DNA of 64,000 nt from Thecamonas trahens ATCC 50062 (GCF_000142905.1 NW_013657644.1:177697-241696), one strand, 5' to 3'; shown: positions 1 to 10,833, counted from the stretch's first letter. The notes: a model not told the origin generated them from the sequence alone. Program-made: numbers and translations.

Positions 1-1
1 G

Positions 2-1546
2 CTGTGTGGTGTGGAGGCTACCGGTGCGTACTGCTCCAGCTGTGCCCCGGGCTACGCCTTGGTCCACACCGCATGCCAGCGGTCGGGGCCGATATGGCTG
101 GTAGTTCTCGATGTTGTCGCCGCCTCGGCATGTTTACTGGCCATGGGCGGAGCGGCAGGCGCTTACCTGGCTTGCATTGAGCCAAAAACGTGCTCGATGC
201 GAATGGCGCTTGTTCTCGCCGTCCAGCAGCTTGTCTACACCATCCACGTGGGTACGGCACACCTCGGCGCAGGCTCTGTGCCGGTAGGGGTGGTAACGCT
301 GCTTCGAGTGAGCCGGATTGTTCTCTTTGACATCGACGCTTTTGCTCCTGAATCGAGCGTGGGGCGTACATCGTGGCTGGCGCGGTCACTCGTTCCGCTC
401 GGCTGTGGCCTGATGTTTGTGGTTGCAGCAGTATGCGTATTTTGCGTCCGGCAGCGATGGACTAGTCGGCAGCTGGTGCCGCTACCTCCTGTGCAGCCTG
501 AGGATGTGTTCTCGGATATGTCGCTGTCGTGGACCACGTCCGCGTCCGAGCTGGGCCCGTCGACAGAAGTCTCGAGCCAAGACACGCTCTATCGAATGGT
601 CACCTGCCTCAGATCGTCGCGCAAACTAATGCTTGCGCTCAATCTTGCAGGTGTTCTGCTTTTTCCCATCACTGCGCTCATGTTCCGAGCCTTGCACTGC
701 GTCGACGATCACAGCGGCGTCTCGCGACTGCTGCTGGAACAGTCACAAGTATGTTATCGAGGCGCGCACCTGTGGGTGGCGCTGATGGCATGGGTCGTGC
801 TCGCGGTGTATGTTGGCGGCTTTGTTTTGGGTGTCACTATCATCGCATGTGTGGTGCGGAAGCGCACCGCCAAGACCATAACGTGGCGGTATGTGCTCCG
901 AATGATTCTTGTTGCGGTCTGCGCGGTTGTCGGAGAGTTTGTCCACTCCCATCCGCTCCGGCTGCTATCGCTAACGGTGGTGGGATGTACCCATGCTGTG
1001 GCCGATGCCCAGTTTACCATTCCAGCCACGGTAGTGGCCGTAGTTATGGCCTTGGTGAGCATGGCGTACATCATTCCAGAAGGCTCGCCGTATGTTTTTC
1101 TCGCATCGCTTGCAGTCGTGGTCACGCTTTGCATTGTCGCGCGCTTTGCGGTCCCGTCGCTGCTCCAGCTCCGGTCGCCCTCCCGAATCGAGCCCGCAGA
1201 GTTGCCCACCATTGCGGTCGAAAAGTCGTCCAGTTCACATAGTGAGAGGTCGAGCTCGGGTCCTCGATCCAATTTGTCGAGCCCGGGCCAGACGCCACGC
1301 TTGACGCCAACCGCGAGCTCGTGGTGGGATACGGATGCGGTAGGCGGGGGCTACGGGCGGATCATCCACCCTTCCAACCGCGTGAGTACTGCACACCTGC
1401 CTCCGCTTCCAACCGTCATTCCCATGATGGGCCTCATTCGCCACAATCCGAGCATGCCCATGCTGGTCGACGACGAAGGCACGGGTGTGGGCTTCATGCC
1501 AGCATCTGTCTCGGGTCCGAGCCTGGGTCCAACTCGCCACTCGTGA
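2..1546 (+). CDS. Multi-pass membrane protein with Cys-rich ectodomain remnant (5'-partial)
   Basis: Frame open from the window edge (LCGVEATGAYCSSCAPGY); about 8-10 hydrophobic segments; RALHC...VCY loop typical of protist Cys-rich multi-TM proteins; S/P-rich tail. Confidence 0.65.
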   Translation: MCGVEATGAYCSSCAPGYALVHTACQRSGPIWLVVLDVVAASACLLAMGGAAGAYLACIEPKTCSMRMALVLAVQQLVYTIHVGTAHLGAGSVPVGVVTLLRVSRIVLFDIDAFAPESSVGRTSWLARSLVPLGCGLMFVVAAVCVFCVRQRWTSRQLVPLPPVQPEDVFSDMSLSWTTSASELGPSTEVSSQDTLYRMVTCLRSSRKLMLALNLAGVLLFPITALMFRALHCVDDHSGVSRLLLEQSQVCYRGAHLWVALMAWVVLAVYVGGFVLGVTIIACVVRKRTAKTITWRYVLRMILVAVCAVVGEFVHSHPLRLLSLTVVGCTHAVADAQFTIPATVVAVVMALVSMAYIIPEGSPYVFLASLAVVVTLCIVARFAVPSLLQLRSPSRIEPAELPTIAVEKSSSSHSERSSSGPRSNLSSPGQTPRLTPTASSWWDTDAVGGGYGRIIHPSNRVSTAHLPPLPTVIPMMGLIRHNPSMPMLVDDEGTGVGFMPASVSGPSLGPTRHS

Positions 1547-1559
1547 CGACAACAAACTC

Positions 1560-3059
1560 CTACACGCTTGATGACGAATCACCAAGCTGGGACGAGCTGC
1601 TCTCCGAGCTGCTGTCGATAGCACCCTCGACCTTGTAGTAGATAAAATCGACGCCCGAGACCGATCCAGTGCAGCGGACGAAATCCAGAGTATCGAGGCT
1701 CTTACGAACGGCATCACGGACCTCGCGCGTGATGCAAATGTGACCCTGGTCGTTTGCAAGGTCCTCTGAGAGCTTGGATGCAGTGTTGACGGGATCGCCC
1801 CAGTGGACGTTAGTCCCAAACACAACAAGCATCTTCCCGGTGTGGACGCCAAAGCCAGCGACTGGAATGTAAGCCGGACTCTTGCGGGCAAGCGCTCCAT
1901 TGTACGCCGCAAGTGCGTCGCGGATGGCAAGAGAGGCCGCCACTGCCGATACCGGCGAGCCAAACACCCACAGACCGTCTTCCTCCATCCTGCCGTCATA
2001 TCGCGCAACAAGCGGATGGATAATACGGTGGGCAGTGGCCGCCACCGAGATGGCAGCGGCGACGCCGCCAGCAGCGGTAGCTGCCGCAAAGTTGATGTGG
2101 ATCATGACCACCGTGGCAGTCATGCCGAACCGCTCCTGGATGGCAGCATCGATGCGCTTTCGCTCACGGCTCGGACACACCAGGCGACGAATGATGGCAC
2201 GCTCAAAGAACGCGCGCGCCGCCGCGTCCGAGAGCGAGCCAGAGTGTGCCAGTTCGCGTGACGAGACGCTAGGCAATTCTACGAGGCGGTGGAGCTGGAA
2301 TGAGCCGTTGAACCCGTCCAAGTTGGTGATCCGCCGATAGCGAAGCGGCTTGCCTAACGGGTGGTCGTCCACCACCCGCGCCCACCCAAACTCTATTTCC
2401 TCAAACATCGAGCGCGCGCGGGTTACACCGTACAAATCATCAGCCACAAGGACCTGGTTGGTCTCGCCGACCTCTTCGCCAAGCCAAAATGCACGGTCGA
2501 CAGGCGGTCCATAGATCATACCCGAGCGGGTGTCGCGGACAACATCGCTGCCGTAGGCGAGACCGACGCCGCCGAGCTTGATGTGATAGTCGCTGTCGTC
2601 GGCGACATGCTCGGCGTTGAACGCGTCCAGCAGCGGGAAGATCTCGAGAGCGGCGGCGAGGGCAGCGTCAGGCTTGTCAAACACTACGTAGAAGTTGTCG
2701 GCCTCGGTCTCGATAACACGCGCGCCATAGTGGACAAAGAGCGGGCGAAGGGTGGCACGCATAGCAAAGATGAGCGAAGCAAAGTGGACAATGCCCATGG
2801 CTCGGGTGATGCGGGTGAAGCCCGACATGTCGGTGACAAGCACCGCAACCTTGCCCGGCATTCGCTCGATGCCATCGCCTTTGCTTTGGCGCATCTTCTT
2901 TGGCCGCCGTTGCCGCCGCCGCAGAACGTGGCAGCCTGCAAGCAAGAGAAGGACTCCGGTAGCTATTGCCGCGTAGACCGCCACTACGATGACCATGGCG
3001 TCACCATGGCCGGGCGCAGGAGACGAAGGTCCTGGAGCAGGCGGAGGAGGGCTCGACAT
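1560..3059 (-). CDS. Single-TM protein with two tandem class III adenylate/guanylate cyclase domains
   Basis: TM segment VIVVAVYAAIATGVLLLLAG; domain 1 VLVTDMSGFT...EADNFYVVF; domain 2 GFGVHTG...WGDPVNTASKL; start placed at ATG 3059 because the longer ORF runs into the tRNA. Confidence 0.85.
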   Translation of the reverse strand: MSSPPPPAPGPSSPAPGHGDAMVIVVAVYAAIATGVLLLLAGCHVLRRRQRRPKKMRQSKGDGIERMPGKVAVLVTDMSGFTRITRAMGIVHFASLIFAMRATLRPLFVHYGARVIETEADNFYVVFDKPDAALAAALEIFPLLDAFNAEHVADDSDYHIKLGGVGLAYGSDVVRDTRSGMIYGPPVDRAFWLGEEVGETNQVLVADDLYGVTRARSMFEEIEFGWARVVDDHPLGKPLRYRRITNLDGFNGSFQLHRLVELPSVSSRELAHSGSLSDAAARAFFERAIIRRLVCPSRERKRIDAAIQERFGMTATVVMIHINFAAATAAGGVAAAISVAATAHRIIHPLVARYDGRMEEDGLWVFGSPVSAVAASLAIRDALAAYNGALARKSPAYIPVAGFGVHTGKMLVVFGTNVHWGDPVNTASKLSEDLANDQGHICITREVRDAVRKSLDTLDFVRCTGSVSGVDFIYYKVEGAIDSSSESSSSQLGDSSSSV

Positions 3060-3207
3060 GCTCAGAGAACGTCGCTGTTGACAAGAGGTGCGGGAGGGGT
3101 GCTGGGGTAGCTCAAGGGAAAAGGCGTGTAAAACGTGCCACGACACAAGTGCGTGGGCTCCGCTAGCCGACCAAAAGGCGAGGGTGGGGCACGGGGCAAA
3201 AAAAAGT

Positions 3208-3280
3208 TGGAGCTTGCATGAATCGAACACGCGACCTTGTACATGCGAAGCACACGCTCTACCAACTGAGCTAAAACCCC
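3208..3280 (-). tRNA. tRNA-Ala(CGC)
   Basis: Cloverleaf GGGGTTT-TAGCTCAGTTGGTAGAGC-TGTGC-TTCGCAT-GTACA-...GTTCGATTC-...AAGCTCCA; G3:U70 Ala identity pair; T8 Pol III terminator just downstream. Confidence 0.95.
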
Positions 3281-3589
3281 AATTGAGAGATATAATCAGA
3301 GTTCTAACTACTTGAACTTTACACTACTTTGCGTCAAACCATGATAAATACTCTCACCATGCCCCACACAGGTTTAGCATCATCCGCAATGGAGCAACGT
3401 CCTCCACAATGTCTCGCTACTAGCTCTGTTGCATGCCATCAGTCGGTTACATTCCCACGACGACATTCTCCTTGTCATCGCATTCACCTCTGCGGAAAAT
3501 AAACAAGCGACGGGCGATCCAACAAACGGCGTCAGGTGCTGGAGACAACTGGCTGACACGAGCAAAAGCACTTCACCCCCATCCACAGA

Positions 3590-4672
3590 ATGGCAGCAAA
3601 GGCAACACCGACATACACATCTATTGTGCTTACAAAGTACTCTGAAGTCGACGACAGTTCGTCGCTGGAAGTCCGACGCGAGACCGAGGCACTCGACGCT
3701 CCGGGAACGTCTCAGGTGCTTGTCCGGGTTCTTGCTGCTTCGGCCTCGTTCACCGATGTCATGATCCGGCGCGGGCTGTACCCGGACTTACCGGGCAAGC
3801 CGCCGTTTGTCATTGGCTATGATCTCGTGGGGGAGGTCTTGGCCCGTGGCGATGGTGTTCGGGAGGAGCTGACTGTCGGGGCAAGGGTCTCTGCGCTGAC
3901 GGTGGTCGGCGGGTGCGCGCAGTATGCTCTCCTTGATGCCGAGCATCTGGTCGTGGTGCCGGACGGAGTCGAGACCAACGCCGCTGCCGGTGCCATCCTT
4001 GGCTGGCTCACTGCATACCAGATGCTGACTCGAAGTGGATTCGAGGCTGGTGAGGGCAAGACAGTTCTCGTCCACAGCGCATCCGGGAGTGTTGGCTCGG
4101 CGTTGGTTGTCCTCGCCAAGTCGATGGGATGCACTGTCTTTGGCACGGCGTCTGCTAGCAAGCATGGCTTCTGTAGCGAGCTCGGCATCGATGCTTGCTT
4201 TGACTATACGGCCGACGACGTCGCTAGACGAGTGGCTGACCTGGGTGGCGTCGACGCCGTGTTTGACGGCGTCTCGCTGGCCTCGTTCAAGACCTCGTTC
4301 AAGATGCTCAAGTCTGATCCAGCAGGCGTCCTCATTCCGTATGGCTTCTACACAGCCTCGCGTGGCAAGTCCAAAGGCAAGCTTGCAGGCGAGTTCATCA
4401 AGTTTATGCTCTGGTCAAAGTTCAAGAACAAGTTCTCATCCAAGACCATCACGCCGCTGTTCAACGTCGTGACGTTGCGGTCAAAGGAGCCGGAAGCGTT
4501 TCGTGCCGACCTAACCCACATTTTCTCCCTGATAGCCAGTGGAGTTGTCACGCCGCATGTTCATGTGGTCATGCCGTTGGAGCAGGTACAAGAGGCACAC
4601 ACCGCCATCACCGGTGGCTCGGTCCGCGGCAAGATTGTGCTTGATCCGTGGCCCAATGGCTACGACCGCTGA
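3590..4672 (+). CDS. Medium-chain dehydrogenase/reductase, zinc-independent quinone oxidoreductase-like
   Basis: PPFVIGYDLVGEV, VLVHSASGSVG NAD(P)-binding motif, terminal GKIVL. Confidence 0.9.
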   Translation: MAAKATPTYTSIVLTKYSEVDDSSSLEVRRETEALDAPGTSQVLVRVLAASASFTDVMIRRGLYPDLPGKPPFVIGYDLVGEVLARGDGVREELTVGARVSALTVVGGCAQYALLDAEHLVVVPDGVETNAAAGAILGWLTAYQMLTRSGFEAGEGKTVLVHSASGSVGSALVVLAKSMGCTVFGTASASKHGFCSELGIDACFDYTADDVARRVADLGGVDAVFDGVSLASFKTSFKMLKSDPAGVLIPYGFYTASRGKSKGKLAGEFIKFMLWSKFKNKFSSKTITPLFNVVTLRSKEPEAFRADLTHIFSLIASGVVTPHVHVVMPLEQVQEAHTAITGGSVRGKIVLDPWPNGYDR

Positions 4673-5868
4673 CCGAGCACTGCGCGCTGCATGCGAATGT
4701 TCGACGACGGTGAGCGGCGAATGACACGTCGGCGGCTGCGTGGAGAGCGGTGAGTGCTGGGTGTGGATGGCGCGATCCGGACAAGAGGACGGAGCGGCGA
4801 CGGAGGGCCGTGGAGTTGGGGCGGGTGTTGTGGTGCTAGCACTGCTTCGTGCAGCGAAGGATGGCTTCTTTCCGAGATCGGCGGGAGAGCGGCCAACGGC
4901 GTCTGCGCCTCAGCGGCGTGAATGATGTCGTCGTTGGTCCGCTCAAATCGCGAAGTCGCGGAGATGTCGTTGAGAAACTTGTTGAGCCGCGAGCCTGCGA
5001 TCCTTGTCCGGACCAGCTCTACTCGATGACGCCGCGAGGTGTTGGGCGAGACCGGGGTTCGCACCGAGGAGCGCAGTCTGAGTCGCCGCGGCGAGCGATG
5101 GCCCGGATGCGGAGAGACCGGGCGCGCTGGCGCCGGCGGGCGCTCAACTGGTGCTAGAACTCGTGGCTTTGCAGCGGCTGTGCGCCGAGCGAGCTCTGCG
5201 GCATGTTTTGCATTCTCGCGTGCAGTCCTGGCGCGCTTCGCGGCGGCTTGCTGGGCAAAGCGGCGCTCTGATGCAGCGTGGCGTATGCTCTTCCGGACCG
5301 ATCGCTGCAGCTCGACCAGCTCGCCCTGCCGTCGCTGCATGCTCACGCCCGATGCGTACGCCACAAAATCCATCCGCGAAACCAGATGCTTATGATGAGC
5401 CGCTTCGTCCCGCTGCCGCCTGCGCAGCTCGTCGATGGCCATCAACTGCACCGGGAGCCGGTCATTGCCGTCACCATCACTTGCTGCGGCGTCGTAGTCG
5501 TCTTGCGACTGTGAAAGCGACAAAGTACGCGCCGATAGCGAGTGGTCCGAGTCGGATTCTGGCCTGGTGGCGGACTCGGACTCGGCGGCGGACTCGGACT
5601 CGGCGGCGGACTCGGACTCGGAGTCAGTGACAGGGTCGGCGTCGGCGCTATGACCGGGGACGGGCTGGCGCGGGGAAGCAAGACCGCGGCGAAGAGGAGA
5701 AACTCTACGCGGATTGTATGCAGGCGGGCGGGGAGCGAGAGCAGGTGACGGGCGGGTGAGCATCGGGCGGGGAGCGAGAGCAGGTGACGGGCGGGTGAGC
5801 ATCGATAGCGGCTGCGATGGCGGTGGGCGGGCATGGGAGTGGGGGGGTGGCGGCGTCGGTGCCGCCAT
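4660..5868 (-). CDS. Hypothetical P/R/S-rich protein with central coiled coil
   Basis: 402-aa ATG-initiated ORF with a C-rich upstream region; internal MLTRPSPALAPRP x2 and ESESAA x3; 3' end overlaps the MDR gene by 13 nt. Confidence 0.55.
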   Translation of the reverse strand: MAAPTPPPPHSHARPPPSQPLSMLTRPSPALAPRPMLTRPSPALAPRPPAYNPRRVSPLRRGLASPRQPVPGHSADADPVTDSESESAAESESAAESESATRPESDSDHSLSARTLSLSQSQDDYDAAASDGDGNDRLPVQLMAIDELRRRQRDEAAHHKHLVSRMDFVAYASGVSMQRRQGELVELQRSVRKSIRHAASERRFAQQAAAKRARTARENAKHAAELARRTAAAKPRVLAPVERPPAPARPVSPHPGHRSPRRLRLRSSVRTPVSPNTSRRHRVELVRTRIAGSRLNKFLNDISATSRFERTNDDIIHAAEAQTPLAALPPISERSHPSLHEAVLAPQHPPQLHGPPSPLRPLVRIAPSTPSTHRSPRSRRRVIRRSPSSNIRMQRAVLGQRS

Positions 5869-6140
5869 TGCGGGGCAAGAGAGAGAGAGAGTGTGTGTGT
5901 GTGTGGGGGGGTGACGTGTACGAGAGTATGTGTGTATGTATGTGTGTGGGGGTGGAGGTGTGGGGGTGCCGTGGCGGTGGTGTGGAGGTGTGGGGGGGGG
6001 GGGAAGAGAGTGCAGGTGCGTTTGTGGGTGCTCCGGTGTGCAGGTTGTTCTGCAAGTCGTGCGACGGTGGGTATGTTCATTGCTCTGCTTGTATGTGCGG
6101 AGAGAAAAGAAAAGAGAATGGAGGCAAGGGGGGGATCAGA

Positions 6141-7975
6141 TCAGTTGAGGCGGGTCTTGATGCGTGAGCCATAGGGCATGCCGTCTAGGAGGGCGACGTG
6201 CGGGGTAATCGCCGCCACGAGCTGGCCCTTTTGTGGCGGGGCGAGGGCATCGAGCATCTTCTGTAGCACGTAGTTGCCGTAGGGATCCTGCATGAGTTGC
6301 GGGACGGCGTCGAGAATGTCGGAGACCATGCGGTCGAGGATGTCGGGTGAGGCGGCAACGACAACCTTTTCCACAACGGGCGAGCCGTGTTTGTGCATGG
6401 CGAGCTCGAGGGTGCGATCTGCGACATGGTCGATGACCGCAGCAGTGGCCGACGCCACCGGCCCGTTGGTCACCAAATGCTGCGCGACGTACGTACCGTA
6501 TTCATCGGTGACGAGGACTCCGATGACCGGGAGCAGCGACCTGAGGACGTGAGCGACAGCGTGCGGCTGGCCGTATGAGAGCGCTCGCTGCATGACTCGG
6601 CAGCCGGTGCGGTGGCAGGCAAAGCGGACCTCGGAGCCGGTGAGAGCATCGAAAACCGGACCGAGCGCCTTTGGGTCGACGTTCTCCAAGATCCGTTGCA
6701 CCACGTGATTGCCCACAACATGCTCAATGAGCTTGCCAAAGTGCGGCGCGAGGAGCTCGACAATACGGCGCTGGACGTGCCCGGGAGCGACGGCAATGGC
6801 CTTCTGGACCACCCGACACCCGAACTTCTGCTTCGAGGTGGCAAGAAGGTCCGGCTCGAGGGCGGCGACCAGCTCGCTGATCTGGCTCTTGGTTGCCACC
6901 TCGAGAACCTTCTGGACCACGTAGTTGCCGTAGACGTTGTCGACAACCGCGTCGAGGTTGTCGAGGACAATGTCATACAGAGTGTCTTGCGCCCGGCGCG
7001 ACGACTTGGGAAGAACGGCTTGGATGAAACGCGAGCCGGTCTGGGTCAGCGCGACGGCTACGCCAAACTGCAGAGCGTCGTCAAGCGTCGCACCATCAAA
7101 GCCGGCGCTCTTGACTGTCACCAGCCAGGCGTCGAGCTCGTCTCGCGAGGCGTTGCGCGGGCGGTACTGCGGCGGCGATGCTTGCTGCCGGTTCTGGTCC
7201 GCAGCCTGTGGACGTGCGGCCTGGGCCATGGCTGCCGCGCCGTAGCTCTGCGGTGAGCCGGCCACTGCGGGCGGCGAGCCCGACATAGCTGCTGCAGACA
7301 CCGCCAGGTGCGCCTGCAGCTGCTGCAGCTGCTGCTGATGGTGGTGCTGCAGCTGCAGCTGCTGGAGCTGCTGTAGCTGGACCAGCTGTGAGAGCAGGTG
7401 TGGATTGGCTGCAGGCGAGGTCATGATCTGCGCCATCAGCGTCTGGATCTGGATTTGCAGCGAGAGGCTAAATCTTGCCCGCCACTGGCGCCACCGCCGA
7501 GCGGCGGAACCATCGGCATGGCAAACGGCATGCCGCTCGAGACTTGCAGCTGGGCCGCGGCCAGCTGGGCCGCCATCTGGGCCTGGGCCTGGGCCTGGGC
7601 CTGGGCCTGGGCCTTGGCCTGCTGGTCACGACCAGTGGGTAGCGCCTGGACTGGTGCCGGCGCTGGCACCTCGTCGTGGATCGTCGGCGAGAGCCGATGG
7701 TGAGGCGAAGAGTCACGGAGCTGGCTGTAGTCTGAGTGCGAGGTGTCGACCGGTGAGCGCGAATGGAGCGGCGGTGTGCCGATGGGCATGGGCACACGTG
7801 ACGGGGTCGGTGAGCGCGAGTGCGAGGCCGATCGGGTCGACGCCGACTCTGCACGGACCGATGGAATGCGCGGAGTGGTCGGAAGTGGCGAGAGAATTGG
7901 GCCAGTGCCCATGAGGCCGGGCGGCGGGCCGGGTGGAGGGAGGCGGGCGCAGGTCAGCGTCGTCCGAGCCGGCGC
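6141..7975 (-). CDS. Pumilio/PUF RNA-binding protein (5' end in N-gap; 1-nt frameshift at about 7466)
   Basis: Eight Puf repeats (GSRFIQ, GNYVVQ, GCRVVQ, GNHVVQ, GCRVMQ, GTYVAQ, GSPVVE, GNYVLQ); Q/A-rich N-terminal region continues in another frame upstream of 7466. Confidence 0.9.
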
Positions 7976-8783
7976 NNNNNNNNNNNNNNNNNNNNNNNNN
8001 NNNNNNNNNNNNNNNNNNNNNNNNNNNNNNNNNNNNNNNNNNNNNNNNNNNNNNNNNNNNNNNNNNNNNNNNNNNNNNNNNNNNNNNNNNNNNNNNNNNN
8101 NNNNNNNNNNNNNNNNNNNNNNNNNNNNNNNNNNNNNNNNNNNNNNNNNNNNNNNNNNNNNNNNNNNNNNNNNNNNNNNNNNNNNNNNNNNNNNNNNNNN
8201 NNNNNNNNNNNNTGTAAGGGGGGGGGGTAGGTGTGCGCTGCGTATGTACACAGGTATGTGTGTGCAGTGGTTGGCGGGGAGTGAGGGGGGGGGATGTGCA
8301 AGAGTGCGGTATGTGGGTGTGGGTGTGGGGCGAAGTGGGTGTGGGGCGTGGGTCTGCCTTGTGGCGTGGGTCTGTCCTTCCCCTGCGCGTGGGTTCCTCG
8401 TCAGTGTTCCGTGTCAGATGACTGCCGCAGAAAGGTCCGTTTTCGGCTGGTAGTGCGTGCGAACTGGCATGTGCGGTGTGGAGGCTCGGTCCAGGTCACA
8501 ATCGCCGAGGATGGTGATGGGATGTCGTCAGGAGGGAGGGGGGAGGGAGAGGGAGAGGGAGAGACGGAGAAAGAGTGGGCGGGGGGGGGGGTCGGGGGTG
8601 GGGGTGGGAGGGTTGATGGTGTTTTCGTGAAGGTTGCGCGTTGTGCAGAAGAAAACGAACACGAGGACACGCACACGCACAAGCACACGCGCAAGCACAC
8701 CACACAACACATATCTGCGAAAATACTCGGCTATTCAATACCTCAAGGCACCACTTTGCACGCGCAATCGGTTGCCGTTGATC

Positions 8784-9587
8784 ATGACAAAGGTTCTCAT
8801 GCGAACGCGCACCACACGAAGCAAGCCAGGCTCGCACTCTGGCTCGCGCTACGACCCCAACTCGTCATCGTACTCGACAACGAGCGAGTCAAGCAGCACG
8901 AGCGGGTCCCTATGGACCGAGTCCGAGTCCGGAGCCGAGGTAGTGCTCGGCTCGCTTTCGACGATTGACGACTCCAAGTCGAAGAGCGCGTCGTCGTCGT
9001 CGTCTTCCGCAATCGAGCTCGACTTGCTGCCCAAGATAGGCAGGCGGCGGGGCAGCACGCTCGCTCGTACCACAGCCGCCACTCGGATGCAGATGGCGCT
9101 GTCGGTGCCAGAGCGAATCAAGTCAAAGCATGATGTGAGGGTCAAGTACGACAAGGGTTCTGGGATGCTGACGGTGTCGGAGGCCAAGCGGCGGCGGCGC
9201 TTGCCACGGTTGCGGAAGCACCGTCGGTCAGGCAGCGACAGCGAGCGGTTTGAGGTCACGTTTCAGCTTCCGCAAGGGCTCGATGACAGCGAGTTTAGCG
9301 TCAGCGTCCGCAATGGGCGGCTGAACCTGCAAGTGGCGCAGAGCTCGGGGGCATGGCCTGGCAAGTGGCTTGATGATCTCGACGACGCCTTTGCCGACAT
9401 GGAGGCAGTCTTTGTCGAGTGGCATCGCCACCTGACACAACCGCTCCTCGGCGACGCGTTCTGGCGGCCGTGGCCGTCGCTGCTGACAGAAGGGAGGGAG
9501 TCAGAGAGAGTAGAGAAGCGCGGCCGCGGCCGCCGTCGCAGCTCCAAGCGAGTCAGGAAGAGCGGGAGAGCAAAGCGTAGGAGCTAG
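8784..9587 (+). CDS. HSP20/alpha-crystallin domain-containing protein
   Basis: MALSVP...DVRVKYD...GMLTVS...FEVTFQLPQGLD...VSVRNGRLNLQV matches the ACD strand pattern; S-rich N-terminus, basic C-terminus. Confidence 0.65.
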   Translation: MTKVLMRTRTTRSKPGSHSGSRYDPNSSSYSTTSESSSTSGSLWTESESGAEVVLGSLSTIDDSKSKSASSSSSSAIELDLLPKIGRRRGSTLARTTAATRMQMALSVPERIKSKHDVRVKYDKGSGMLTVSEAKRRRRLPRLRKHRRSGSDSERFEVTFQLPQGLDDSEFSVSVRNGRLNLQVAQSSGAWPGKWLDDLDDAFADMEAVFVEWHRHLTQPLLGDAFWRPWPSLLTEGRESERVEKRGRGRRRSSKRVRKSGRAKRRS

Positions 9588-9594
9588 CAACAAG

Positions 9595-10833
9595 TTAAAT
9601 CGTGTGCCACTCGACACGGCCGCGCAAATGGACTGTAGGGGCGCGATGGGGTGACGATCGTGCGGAAGTGAGCGAGAACATGGCGACTGAGTCAGCCAAA
9701 CATGCAGCCCTTGTCGAGGTCCAGACATCAAGCTCGGAGCCAAGTTGGACGGGCTTGGAGAATCCAATGTGGATGGTGAGACCCGCCGCGTTTGCAGGCT
9801 CCGTGTACGATGAAAGAACGGTATCGACAATCGGCGCTGCAACATGCATTCCGTGGGCGATGCAGCCGGGAAAGCCAAACAGCCGGGCAGCAACCGGCGA
9901 GATGTGGATAGGGTTGCGGTCACCACAGACCGTGGCAAAGGCCTTGCCAGCTCCGGCCGGGACCGCCAGCCGGCCAACAGGCACGAGCTCATCGAGTGGC
10001 GCATGGTTCCAAGGTGGGCGAGATGAGGCTAACGAGTCAAGAGCCGACTCCGGGTGTGTGTGAAAGGCCAAGATGGTGACAACATAGTCAATGATGGCTT
10101 TGCGCTCCTCGCCGACATGCGCGATCGAGATGACAATGTCGATCTCTGTGCCGCGACGGACAGGCCGGAACGCGTCGATCTGCATCTCACTCTGGAGCGA
10201 TGACTGGAGGAGAACCTTGCGAAGTGGCTCGAGCGGGAGATGGGTCCGGATCGCTTGCCGAGCGTGGACGGCGCCGAGGAGCGAGAACGGAAACTGGGGA
10301 TCCGTGAGGAGCCGGACCATGTCGATGCCGACTCGGGCCAGTGGCGCCAGGATCGGTGGCGCGCCGGCCATTGGAGAGAGCCATGAGAGGTTCGAGCCAA
10401 AGTTTAGCGGCGGCGAGTCTTCAGCCATAGCCTCCTGCAGGTCGTTCTCCGACGAGTCGCAGGTGACGAAGACCATCATGCTGACTGTCCGGGTGTAGCG
10501 GTTGAGGAACGGGCCAGCAAGCGCGAGCGACCGGATCAATCGGTAAAAGGCAGTCTGAGTCGACGGCTTGCCAGCCAGGCCAGGGATCTTCTTGACTGCA
10601 GTCGTCAGCGTCCGCCATGCCACCTCGGTTGTGCCCATCGGCCTCGGGTACTCGACCGCGTGCGTCGTCGCGATCCTGGCAAGCCGTGCCCACACCACCC
10701 ACACTGCAGCAGAGCCGACCACCGCCAAGATGCTGCCGACCAGTGCCAGCACCGCCGTAGCCAGCACCCAAGCTAGGGCCGCAAGCCCCGAGCCGCCATC
10801 ATTGAGAGCGGGCCACAATTCGTAGACCACCAT
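9595..10833 (-). CDS. MaoC-like (double hotdog) dehydratase with N-terminal TM segment
   Basis: Hydratase-2 motif FATVCGDRNPIH...ARLFGFPGCIAHGM; FPFSLLGAVH; FSKPVQL. Confidence 0.85.
   Translation of the reverse strand: MVVYELWPALNDGGSGLAALAWVLATAVLALVGSILAVVGSAAVWVVWARLARIATTHAVEYPRPMGTTEVAWRTLTTAVKKIPGLAGKPSTQTAFYRLIRSLALAGPFLNRYTRTVSMMVFVTCDSSENDLQEAMAEDSPPLNFGSNLSWLSPMAGAPPILAPLARVGIDMVRLLTDPQFPFSLLGAVHARQAIRTHLPLEPLRKVLLQSSLQSEMQIDAFRPVRRGTEIDIVISIAHVGEERKAIIDYVVTILAFHTHPESALDSLASSRPPWNHAPLDELVPVGRLAVPAGAGKAFATVCGDRNPIHISPVAARLFGFPGCIAHGMHVAAPIVDTVLSSYTEPANAAGLTIHIGFSKPVQLGSELDVWTSTRAACLADSVAMFSLTSARSSPHRAPTVHLRGRVEWHTI

Noticed and set aside
3060-3230. N-terminal extension of the cyclase ORF
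   Set aside because: Non-ATG start inside tRNA-Ala and across its terminator
7976-8212. ORFs running through N-gaps (also about 13714-13813 and 61694-61806)
   Set aside because: Assembly gaps; X-containing ORFs are artefacts
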